A program made the translations under genes and the position numbers. The notes below the pieces were generated by a model. The model was given only the letters and a program-made list of their open reading frames with translations, did not search any database and was not told where the DNA came from. Of a stretch of DNA of 33,000 nucleotides, positions 9,991 through 20,674 are shown one piece after another (positions within the stretch are counted from its first letter, which is position 1; the number at the start of each line of letters is the position of its first letter). The stretch is from Sminthopsis crassicaudata. Taxonomy: Eukaryota. Location: positions 298,823,454 through 298,856,453 of the forward strand of contig NC_133619.1 of assembly GCF_048593235.1 (NCBI RefSeq), in the 5' to 3' direction.

Positions 9991-10701
9991 GAATATATAT
10001 ATGACTAAGTATAAAACAAATAAATATATTCTAATATAAAGTAAATAAAACTGATACAAAATAAAAATGCAAAAGCAAAACTGCTACAAAATAAAATAAT
10101 AAAAAGCAAATAAAATTTAAAATTCAAAATTCAAAAGTAAATAAAACTGATACAAAGCAAAAAATAAAATTTTATTCAAGGTCCATCATTAGCCAAAGCT
10201 CTGAGTTCAATCCTGGCATCTGACCTCTCCCCCCAGGGTTATTTATTATCCACTATAGGAATTACTCCAGAAAAATCCCTCATTATAGTTTAGGAATAAC
10301 TTCATTAAGTTTTCTTAAATGTGGATAATAGGATCCCCAGCTCCAATCAATTATTCAGTGTAATTGTTGCTTATCAACTGCATATTACAAGGGTGTATTT
10401 GAACCAATTTGAACTGCTTCAAGAGAACCAATTGTTAAGTTTTCAGTGTGAGCATTTTCAGACCTTAAAAATCTTTAAGGAAGTAAATGGACAATCTTAT
10501 TCCTTCTGATATTCAAAATTAGAAGCTCTCTATCTTGTGCTTAGCAAAGCAACCTCCCATTGCCCACACTCCTGGAAATCTTTCTCCTAATGGAGCCATC
10601 TTTTTCCCAGGATCATACTTCCTGAGAGTAAAAATGCACACTATACATACACAGGAGATTAAAATTCATTAGTTCATCAGCATCCCTCTGGGGAGGGATA
10701 C

Positions 10702-10772
10702 ATAAGCATCTGCTTCCATCATAGGCTTCTGCTGGAACTTTATTAATGCTATAACTGCTGCTGCCGCTTGGG
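10702..10772 (-). CDS. Candidate exon A (71 nt, phase 1 to 0): QAAAAVIALIKFQQKPMMEADAY
   Basis: Acceptor attaatttttacag|, GC-richer than its flanks, donor TAT|gtatccct (weak U2, U12-like). A competing + strand exon at 10725-10811 (FCWNFINAITAAAAWAVKINLVPTCLQK; donor AAG|gtaaac) overlaps it. Confidence 0.3.
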
Positions 10773-10864
10773 CTGTAAAAATTAATCTTGTCCCTACTTG
10801 TCTTCAGAAAGGTAAACTCAAGCACATGAAATTCCTATGTTCATATAGTACATGGTACAGCAAA

Positions 10865-10990
10865 AAAAAAGGTCTAGATTTGGAGTCAGAGAACTGGTTT
10901 TAAATCCCAACTTTGCCATTTACGGGTTTTTTTCCTTTTTTCTCTAAAACTTAACATAGTACCTAATATGGAATTATCATGTAATACAGA
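10865..10990 (+). mobile_element. MIR head fragment
   Basis: 'ctagatttggagtcagagaactggttttaaatcccaactttgccattta'. Confidence 0.65.
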
Positions 10991-11264
10991 AATATCAAAC
11001 ATTCTGCCTGCAATGTTCCTGAGTAAAGCTAGAACCAGATTAAAATATAAGTGGGAAATACTTAACAAAATAAGCAAAAATTAAATATGTTAAATCAAAA
11101 TGCAGTTCTCAGGGGTGCTTATAAAATAGCCCACATTTCTACTTGACTTTGACATAATTTAGTATAATAAATGCTTGTTGATTGATTATTATCTATATGA
11201 CTTTGGTCAAATCATTTTATCCTGGGTCTCAGTTTCCTCACCTGTAAATTAGGGAGTTTTATTT

Positions 11265-11305
11265 ACTATAACTATAACTATATATAGTTATAACTATAAC
11301 TATAA
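11265..11305. repeat. (CTATAA)n simple repeat containing a perfect 20-bp palindrome (11273-11292)
   Basis: tataactatatatagttata equals its own reverse complement. Confidence 0.9.
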
Positions 11306-11781
11306 TTATTTACTATAAAATAATCTTTGTGGTGCTTTTCAACTCTAAAGCTACAGTCCTCTAGGTTGGGCTGGATGACCTCAAATTTTCCTTCGAGCTC
11401 TATGCTTATGATTCTAAAATCCTCTGACTCTCATTGAAACTAGCTCTTACAATCTCACTTATCTCAAGTTTCAATTCTCTGTGTACCATTTTTATTCTAT
11501 GCTTCCCTAATCTGAATATTATTCTGGCTAAAAATCTGTATTATAGTGGCTTGTCAATAATGGAATCTCCTGCCCAATTTCCATGCCAGTGATATCTTAG
11601 GCAAGAAAGCCATATTCTTTGGGAAAGGTCCTGGAAATCAAATCCTTCAAGACATGACTGGATACAAAAAGTGCATAAGGAGGCTGATTCAAAGAAGAGG
11701 AGGCAAGGAATAGGGAGGAGGCAAGGTGGTGGCTACTCACCCTTCTTACTCACCATGATGAGCAAAAAAGAGAAACTTCAA

Positions 11782-11975
11782 CTGTTTTTCCAACCCTGAC
11801 CTTTCTCTTGTCTCCTTCCCAAGGTTATTAAAACAATTGACATTTTAATCATCAGTAAGACTGTCTCTTCGGATTCGAGTAGGCTGTGTGTTTTTCCTTA
11901 TTATTTTAAGACAAATATTTAATGACTAAACAAATTTAAGCTCAATTCCTGTACCCTGAAGCCAAGTTACCATAA
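11782..11975. repeat. Left arm of a ~195-bp inverted repeat
   Basis: Its reverse complement aligns by eye to 13396-13590, with a 28-nt identical block and a 52-nt block with 2 mismatches. Confidence 0.92.
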
Positions 11976-12384
11976 AGAGAAGGAAAAGGAATGACGTGGG
12001 AAGTCTGAAAGACATCCCCAAACCCAAGAGTTCTGGCAGAACTCTGATAACCCTGAAGCCCAGGGTGAGTCCTTGTTCCCAATAATTATTCCCAGATCTT
12101 CATCCATGTCTCTAGGTCAAGTTTAGAGGAGAGAGAGTAACAACTGACTCTCTGTCCTATATCTCTATCTTCTCTATCCTACATTCCCATGCTTTGAAAA
12201 AATATTTTCCCACCCCTGAATGAGTTTCCCCAGGAGGTGTTTCCCCCACTTAGTGCTATAGGAGATTACTTCTATTTTGTGTATTAAAATAGGAGGGAAA
12301 GAGAGAAGATAAAAATGAGAATGCTTCTGCTGACCATTTATCCTAGTTATACCATACTACAACCTTGGCTACAATACATTGAGA

Positions 12385-12431
12385 AGAGTAATAGAGTATT
12401 GGACTTGATATTAGAAGGTCCTGTAATAATA

Positions 12432-12478
<47 letters not shown>

Positions 12479-12865
12479 GATAATATTTATATAACACTAT
12501 GTGCCCAGCACTGTGTTAAGCACATTACAATATTCATTTTAATCCTCACAGAACTTTGTGAGGTGGGTACTCTTACTATACCCATTTTACTGTTGAGGAA
12601 ACTGAGGCTTGTTCATGGTCAGGGTCTAAGTCCTAATTGAACTGAGGTCTGCCTGACTCCAGATCCAGTCTGGCTATCCACTGTGCTACCTTATGATGTG
12701 ACCACAAGTAATCTGACCTCTCTGAATCTCGGTTTTCTTTTCCATAAATGGGGGTGATGATAATTATACGAGCAGTTACTTACCTCATAGGATTGCTATG
12801 AGGCTGAAGCAATATAATCTGTGTAAAACACTTCACAAACTTAAAATTGCTTTGCATATCAGTAA
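12385..12865. mobile_element. Nested SINEs: a + strand MIR split by a minus-strand MIR-like SINE with an (AAT)n tract
   Basis: MIR head at about 12385-12422, (AAT)n at 12424-12480, reverse MIR 'ctatgtgcccagcactgtgttaagcac...gaggaaactgaggc' to about 12690, then the + MIR body 'tgatgtgacc...cttacctcataggattgctatgagg'. Confidence 0.75.
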
Positions 12866-12959
12866 TTCTCAAGCATCTAGGATTTCTTGCCTTTCTTTCC
12901 TTGTATCATGGCTGAGTGGGAAGAATATTGAATTCTATTGAAACTTGAAATACGCAATT

Positions 12960-13110
12960 ACCAGTCTCTACCTAACAAGTTGTTAGTATTATCTAGAAAA
13001 GATGATTGCAGCTTTATGAGTAGTCAGAAGGGAACAGATGTAAGAGAGGCAAGAGCTGATCATGACCCCAAGGTTGGCAAACTGGGTAGCTGGAAGCATA
13101 ATGATGTCTT
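12960..13110 (-). mobile_element. L2 fragment
   Basis: 'gatcatgaccccaaggttggcaaactgggtagctggaag' resembles antisense L2. Confidence 0.5.
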
Positions 13111-13395
13111 CAAGAGAGACATTCCAAATACATTTTTCTGCTGACTGACATTAGAAGCACAAGTCTTATTCATTCAAAACTTTGAACTTTGGAATACACA
13201 GTTTTTGCCCAGTATTGCCCAAATGAATCTTAAAGGCTAACAGAGAAATTGCCCAATACCTCTCTCATTATCTCAGGATTTCATGAATTAAACAAGTTGT
13301 CCCCACAAAATCTATTCCATTTCTAGCATTCTATAATAATGATATAATGCATAGGGAACATCTTCGCCCTTACCTTGCCCTATTAATAATAACTG

Positions 13396-13590
13396 TTATA
13401 GCAATTGACCTCAGGGTATAGCAATTGAGTTTAAATTTGTTTAGTCATTAAATATTTGTTTTAAAATAATAAGGAAAATACAAACTCAAACTTACTCAAA
13501 TTCAAAGAAACCAATTTTACTGATTAAAATGTCAATTCCTTCAATTATCTTGGAAAGGGATTAAGAGAAAGGTCAGGGTTGGAAAAACAG
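13396..13590. repeat. Right arm of the ~195-bp inverted repeat
   Basis: See left arm 11782-11975. Confidence 0.92.
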
Positions 13591-13769
13591 GCAAAGCAAG
13601 ATCAGTTAACCTAGCTATTCCCGCTGAATTTGCCCACATTTTGATAATTCTTCTTTCAACCCAGACCAAATGATAGAGTAGGAAAGTAGTCATCACATAT
13701 CCCAAATATTGAAATGTTGGATTTTGCTTGTAATTATGTATTGCTTTATAGTTATGCTTTCATCTGCCC

Positions 13770-13920
13770 TCTTTTATTTGAGGCTGTGAGGTGGATGATG
13801 CAATTATCATTATATCCATTAGGCAAATGAAGAAATTGAAGTCCAGAGATAAAATTATCCACATTTGGTAAGTGACAGAGCTAGCATACAAATTTAGATC
13901 TTTATTCTACAAATCTAGTG
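13770..13920 (-). mobile_element. MIR fragment
   Basis: 'ccattaggcaaatgaagaaattgaagtccagaga...ggtaagtgacagagctagc'. Confidence 0.7.
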
Positions 13921-15954
13921 ATCTCTCCAAAATGCTACATGACTTTTTAATTTTTTTTAGTTTTCAGAATTTGGAACTTCTCTTCTTCTCCCTCCCTTCT
14001 CTCTTCCCCCTCCCTTATCCATTCACTATTCTATTTTTTTAATAGGTTGGATAACTTCAACTTGGATTAAGAGGAAAGTTTCACTGGTTCATTGCCCTCA
14101 ATCCCCACATTTCCAACTTTTTAAAAAATTTCTATATAAATACAGGATAATTTGTGGTATATCATTTGAAATTGTTTTCCATTTTTCACTGTGAAAGGAG
14201 CAGGAAATGTGGGCTGGGGAAAAGGTGGTAAAGAAAGCTCCAAGGAAAAGCAGTTTTTTTCTGATTTAATTTGTAAACTAAAACAAATAATTCTTAGAGT
14301 TAAGTGTGTTAAATTCCTGCTAAATAGTTTGCCTTTGTGCATATAGAAGACCACCGGATGGATTCTTTCCTAGAGAAAATAACAGAGAAAATGTAATGCA
14401 TTTTAGAGATGTTCCACATTGATATGCTTGGTTTTTACCCATGTTTTTAATCAGCAGAGATGGTGCAACACAGTAAACAGAGGGCTATCCTTGGATTCAG
14501 GAAAATCTGTATTCACGTCCTGCCACTGACAGAGACTAGCTATGTGATTAATCTCTAATTCCCCAGCCAACTGTCTAATCCTATGAATTGCATAAAAGTT
14601 GCTGATAAGCATTGATTAAAGAAGTTTCCATACTGGAAACTTGCAATACTGATGAAGTTACAGGTCTATACCAAATATGCACAAAATGTCCATCTTTCAA
14701 ATGAGCAATGATGTGGAGCAATAGAAGAATCAGAGAACATAATGACCCAACTTTTCCCCTCTTTCCCCTTCTCCTCAGTGCTATCATTGGAAAAAGGGAA
14801 GAACCCTGCTATAGCATCATCACTGCTTCAATAAGTATCCTGCTTCCCACCATTTTCTCTTTTTAAAATGAGTTTTACTAATGTCTTTGTTTTTTACATA
14901 ATAATCATCTCTAGATATACTATCACTGAACATAACACACTTCCCTTAGGAACAAAGAATGCTGCAGGGATCTGACTCACAGATCATTTACTAAAAAGGA
15001 ACTTAAAAATTAGTTTATCTCCATCCACATCCATAGCATGTAGCCCCTAGATACCCCTCTGGAAGATACCCAGAGCAACTATCACTTAAAACAAATCTTC
15101 AAAAAAAAACTAGGGCTTTCCTGGCAGTCAGGACAACTTGTCATGGTAATGATGCTTAAGTAATGACCTTAATTAGCTTCATGTGTGTGTGCATGTGTAT
15201 ATGTGGTGTGCATATGGTGAGGGAGAGAATAAACTCAAATCACATAAGGACAAAGCTGCTCTGGGCATGTCATTTCACAGCTTTTGAACACAACTCATCT
15301 CAGAAGGTGACTGAAGGTAGCCTTTAGTCTCTTCTCAGTTCTTTATCCTCATTATTTTGAGACATCATTGGGAAAAATAAAACTCTTATCACAGAATACT
15401 GTTGCCAAGGCAAACCTGCTTGAGTTAAGGGATCATTAACTGGTTCCTATGCTCTCTAGCAGCCTGAATTCTCAACTGAAAACACAGCTCTTTTCTCATT
15501 TGATTGTCTCCTTGATCCTCCCATGGCACCCAGAGACAAACCTTCACCACCATAATGATGTGATCCTGAAAAGTAGAACTATCAAGGGATGAGTGTATAA
15601 TGCCTTGAGATAATTACCAGCTTGGTTATGAATTTGATACTCTAATGGTGTAAATATTTTATGGAAAAGCTTAGAAGGTTTTGAATTACTGCCATTACTA
15701 GGATCTGCATAAATTAACTTATTTTATAATAAATCAAAAATTATTTATTCTTTCTTTGAATTACTATCTATCCTAAGATATTCTATTGTGATTGGTCCCA
15801 TAATCAGCTAATTTGGCCATATCTGCCCATTCGGTACTAGATATTAGCCCGGCACCTCTCCTTCCTCCCCTGTTATATCAATAAATGATCTCTGAATGAA
15901 TTTAAGTAGGATAATCTACAAAACAACTGGTTTAGTTTGGTGATAAAAAAAAAA

Positions 15955-16262
15955 AAAGAAAGAGTATAGTATCTGAGATAGAAGGAAATGGGTTCACACC
16001 AGTTCCAATTGTTAAATGATGAAGAGAGCCATCTACACCCACAGAGAGGACTGTGGGAACTGAGTGTAAATCCAATATATTGGATTTAACATATATTTTA
16101 ACATATTTAACATGTATTGGACTACCTGCCATCTTAGGGAGGAGGGAGGGGGAAGGAGGGGATAATTTGAAACAGAAGACTTTTGCAAGGGTCAATGTTG
16201 AAAAATTATCCATGTGTATGTTTTGTAAACAAAAAGCCTTAACTTAAATAAATAAATAAGAA
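15955..16262 (+). mobile_element. 5'-truncated, relatively young L1 3' UTR (dasyurid type)
   Basis: 'gatgaagagagccatctacacccacagagaggactgtgggaactgagtgt...gcaagggtcaatgttgaaaaattatccatgtgtatgttttgtaaacaaaaagc' followed by an A-rich tail. Confidence 0.85.
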
Positions 16263-16359
16263 AGGAGAAAAAATAACAAGTGAGTTCTGTGGCACTGAGA
16301 GCTGTGTTAATTTTAGAATGATAGATTTTTATATAACTAAGGTTTCCAAATCAATTTAC

Positions 16360-16480
16360 AAATATATTCTCTCAGTATATTCTTGCAAAAATACCTTCGA
16401 GGTAGACAAAACAGTCATTATCCCCATTTTACAAATGAGAAAAAATATGAGCCTCAGAGAGATTAATGATATGTCTACAG
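16360..16480 (-). mobile_element. MIR fragment
   Basis: 'attatccccattttacaaatgagaaaaaatatgagcctcagagagattaatga'. Confidence 0.7.
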
Positions 16481-16917
16481 AGTCACACACAAAGATGTTT
16501 AACAACTTTCAAAATATGTGTGTATGGGTGTATATATGTATGCATATATACACCCATACACACATATATACCTATATGTATATAGACTTTACATACTTTT
16601 AAGTTTAATCTATATTATTAACATTTTTATCAGCAATTTTTTTGTCTAGACAATCAACAAAACAAATCAAGCCTTGATTTGAACCATTTGCCAGTTTCTG
16701 AGGTGTAAATGCTCATACTAAAAATTTAGCAATTGGCTCTCACACACCCAGAGGCAAGTTTCAGAAACTGGCATTAAACTCAGGCTTTTGCTAAGTCCGA
16801 TTCCATCATTCTCTCCACTCATCCACATCAACCGTCATTATGTTTGTGCATGCATGCCCCTGAGTGTGCCCATGCATATACACACATCAAGAAGCCTGCC
16901 ATCAAACTCCCACTTAC

Positions 16918-17008
16918 ATTAACTTTCAGTGAAGTCACAACAAAGAACTACGGACGTACCACTGCTCCCCGTTTTTATCAGGGTAATTATGAAAATCTCC
17001 CATGCTTC
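16918..17008 (-). other. Candidate exon E (91 nt, or 49 nt to an internal gtacgt donor)
   Basis: Acceptor aaaatttttcag|, donor AAT|gtaagt and 3 CpGs inside. The 49-nt form reads SMGDFHNYPDKNGEQW or EAWEIFIITLIKTGSS. A competing + strand exon lies at 16930-16982. Confidence 0.3.
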
Positions 17009-17619
17009 CTGAAAAATTTTATAAGAATAATATCCGTACTTTGTTTTTTTTATTTTAATTTTAAACAAGACAAGCAGACTGAGAAACAAAACAGATCCAA
17101 AACAAAATCTCCCCCATTGCTCTATCTCTAGCAAAATAGCCATGAGATTATATTTTACAGAGTTCCCTTCCTCAAATACCACATGAAAGTCCAGGAAAGA
17201 GCTGTTCCTAGCTATCCCCTCCATGGCAACCCTGAACAGTTACCCCCTTTCTATTTCCCTAGGCTTTTTTATCTTTTCTCTGAGTGTTTATTTAAAGGGA
17301 AAACAAAGCTTTAAAACTAGATCTACTTTTTCAGGTCAAGAGGAAGATGGCATAACTGACTGTTTCCCCAGTATAGTATTTTTTCAGACATTTAGCACAT
17401 AATAAAGATGAATATCTCATACTCTTGCTAGTCTTCTACTTAGGGGTCCACTAAATAGGGTAGGTTTTTTTACTTATTTCATTGCTCTTATTTACATTTG
17501 AAAAGGTCATGTCCACACATAATACTTGAATCAGCCTGGATTGCCTCATGTTTACTCCTGAAATGGCAATTGGAAGTATAGTAATACCTATATGTATGCT
17601 GAGACAGGTACTTGAGGCA

Positions 17620-17850
17620 GCCATGACATAGATAAAATAGAGAATATGCTAGACTTGGAATGAGAAAAATCTGTTCTGAAATTTATAAATAAACTCACTG
17701 AACCTGAGTTTCCTCATCTGTAAAATGGGAAATATAATATCTGTATTACCTACTTCACAGGATTCAAATGAGATAAAACATATCATATCTTTGACAAACT
17801 TTAGATACAAATAAGAATTATAAATATCACTTAGTTCTGTAAATACGTGA
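17620..17850 (+). mobile_element. MIR
   Basis: 'ctgagtttcctcatctgtaaaatgggaaatataatatctgtattacctacttcacaggattcaaatgagata'. Confidence 0.85.
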
Positions 17851-18299
17851 TCCACTTGAAATTTTCTCCAAGATTTACATAGCCTAAGAGAATATCAATC
17901 ATAGATTTAGAGCTAGAAGGGATTAAGGATTCTATAAACAAGGAAAGCTGGCTAAAATTCAGAAAGCTTCCTTATAATTCTTGAGCACTTGCCCCCTCAT
18001 CTGAGTTCTTCTGTCTTTGTGCCTCAGTTTCTCTCAATTATGACAGATATCAGCTGAGGCAAAATCTGCCACAAAATACATGAGCTCTGCAAGTGGTGTC
18101 CAGAGGATGGAATAAAGGCAGAAACTGGCCATCCTTTCCCTCAAACTGCTCCAAATTGCTTCAACTATTCTTAATGACTCTATATAAATTTTAGAGCATC
18201 AGAACACACAAAAGGATGGACATTTCCTTGCTTAAGAAAACTTAAAGGTCAAAAGGAAAAATCTGTAGCACTAGGGTGGACTCCCACCAAAGCAGGCAC

Positions 18300-20643
18300 A
18301 GGTCTGGGGACTCTGAATCAGCACCAGTACTGGTGGCTTCCAGACAAGAGACAAAGAGAAAGTCTGTGGAACCAGCTAGGAATCCAGCACAGAAGGCTAT
18401 AGACCTCTGAATACGCAGCAGAACTGGTGGTTTCTAGACCTCTCAACCAAGAAACCCCAAAAAACAACTTGGAAGGTAAGCAGGAAAGGTTTGTCAATAG
18501 GATGAAAGGCCTTGGAAAACCAGCAAAACAAGAATAAGCATAGACCATGGTGATGGTAGATTCTGGAGGCCTCAGCCCACAGAAAGTCTCTTTATAAGCA
18601 CTTAAGAAAGGACTTTGTTGCTTTAGCACACTAGATCTTACAGAAATGGTGGGGCAGGACACTTCTAAGAATTCCAGGGCAGAAAAGAGTACTTGTGATC
18701 AGATTCCTAGAAGAATCTCTGAAAGCAACTGCACAAAAGAAGCTTAGGACAGTGCACCTTCCACCCTACAAAGTGACCTCTATTTTAACAAAGAGTTAAA
18801 AGCCAAGTTATATAGTAAAAAATGAGCAAACAACAGAAAAGATTCTGATCATAGAAAGTTGCTATAGTAACAAGAAAGATCAAAACACACACTCAGAAGA
18901 AGATAACAAAGTCAAAGCTCCTGTATCCAAAGTCTCCAAGAAAAATAAGAATTGGTCTTAGGCCATGGAAAAGCTCAAAAGAGATTTTGAAAAGCAAGTA
19001 AGAGATAGAGGAAAAATTAGGTAAAGAATTGAGAGTCATGCAAGAGCAAATAAAAAAAGCGAATGAAGAGAAGATGTCGTAAAAAGCAAAGTTAGTCTAA
19101 TGGGAAAGGACATACAAAAGCTCACTGAGGAAAGTAATTCCTTGAAAATTAGAACTGAGCAAATAGAAGCTAATGATTTTATGAGAAATTAAGATAAAAT
19201 AAATCAAAATCAAAAATAGGAAAAAATAGGGAAAATGTGAAATATGTCATTAAAAAAACAACTAACTTGGAAAATAGATCCAGGAGAGGTAATTTAAAAA
19301 TTATTGGTTTACCTGAAAACCATGATCAAAATAACCCCCAAAATACTGGACATCATATTTCAAGAAACTATCAAGAAAAACTATCTTAATATTCTAGAAC
19401 AGGAGGGTAAAATAGAAGTTGAAGGAATCCACTGACTACCTTCTAAAATAAATCCCAAGATTCTCAGGAATATTATAGTCAAATTCCAGAACTCCCAAGT
19501 CAAGAAGAAAATATTAAAAGCATCCAAAAAGAAACAATTCAAGAATAGTGGAGCCAAAGTTGGGATAACATGAGTTTTAACAGCTTCTACATTAAAGGAT
19601 CAGAGGGCTTAAATATGATATTCCAAAGAGCAATGAAGTTAGAATTAATCACCTACCCAGCAAAACTGAGTATAATCCTTCAAAGGGAAAGGTGGAAATT
19701 CAATTAAATAGAAGATTTTCAAGCATTCATGATGAAAAGACCAGAGTTGAATAGACAATTTGATTTTTCAAATATAAAACTCAGGAAAAGCATAAGAAGG
19801 TAGTCAGGAAAGTAATATCATAAGGAACTTAATAATGTTTATTTGTTTACATTCCTACATGGGAGGATGATACTTTTAATTCAGAACTTTCTCATTATTA
19901 TGTCAGTTAGAAGAAGTACAAATAGACAGAGAGCACAGATGTGAATTGACTATGAAGGAATAATATCTTTTTTTTAATTAAACTAAGGGGGAAGAGAGGA
20001 ATATACTGGGGGAAAGGGAAAGGAAAAGTGGAATGATATAAATTATCCACCATAAAAAAAAAAGGCAAGAAAAAAAGCTTTTAACAATAGAGAGGAAAAG
20101 GGAAAGGAAAAGGGAACGAATGAACCTTACTTTCACCAGAGTTGATTCAAAAAGGTAATAATATACACACTCAATATGGATGTAGAAATCCATCTTATTC
20201 TGCAGGAAAGTAGGAAGGGAATGGAAGACAGGAAGGGGAGAGGGTGATAGAAGAGAGAATATATTGGGGGAGGGCACGATGAATAGCAAAACACTTTTGA
20301 GAAGGGACACGGTAAAAGGAGAGAAAGAGAATAGAATTAATAGGAAAAAATACAGTTAGCAATATTATAGTAATACTAAAAAGAATTTTGAAGCAAGTTT
20401 CTCTGATAAGGCCTCATTTCTTAAACACAAAGGGAACTGAGTCAAATTAAAAAATAATAATAATAAGATCCATTCCCCAATTAACAAATGATCAAAAGAC
20501 ATGAACTATGCCCAAAGGATTAGAAAATCATACATATTCTTTGACCTAACAATACCACTACTACTCATGAACACCAAAAGAGATTTTTTAAAAAGGAAAA
20601 GGACCCATATGTACAAAAATGTTAATAGCAGCTCTCTTCTCAG

Positions 20644-20674
<31 letters not shown>

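Noticed and set aside
14100-14371. Strong minus-strand acceptor (ttttctctgttattttctctag|GAAAG) as another exon
   Set aside because: There is no convincing donor (only weak GT or GC options), so it was not called.
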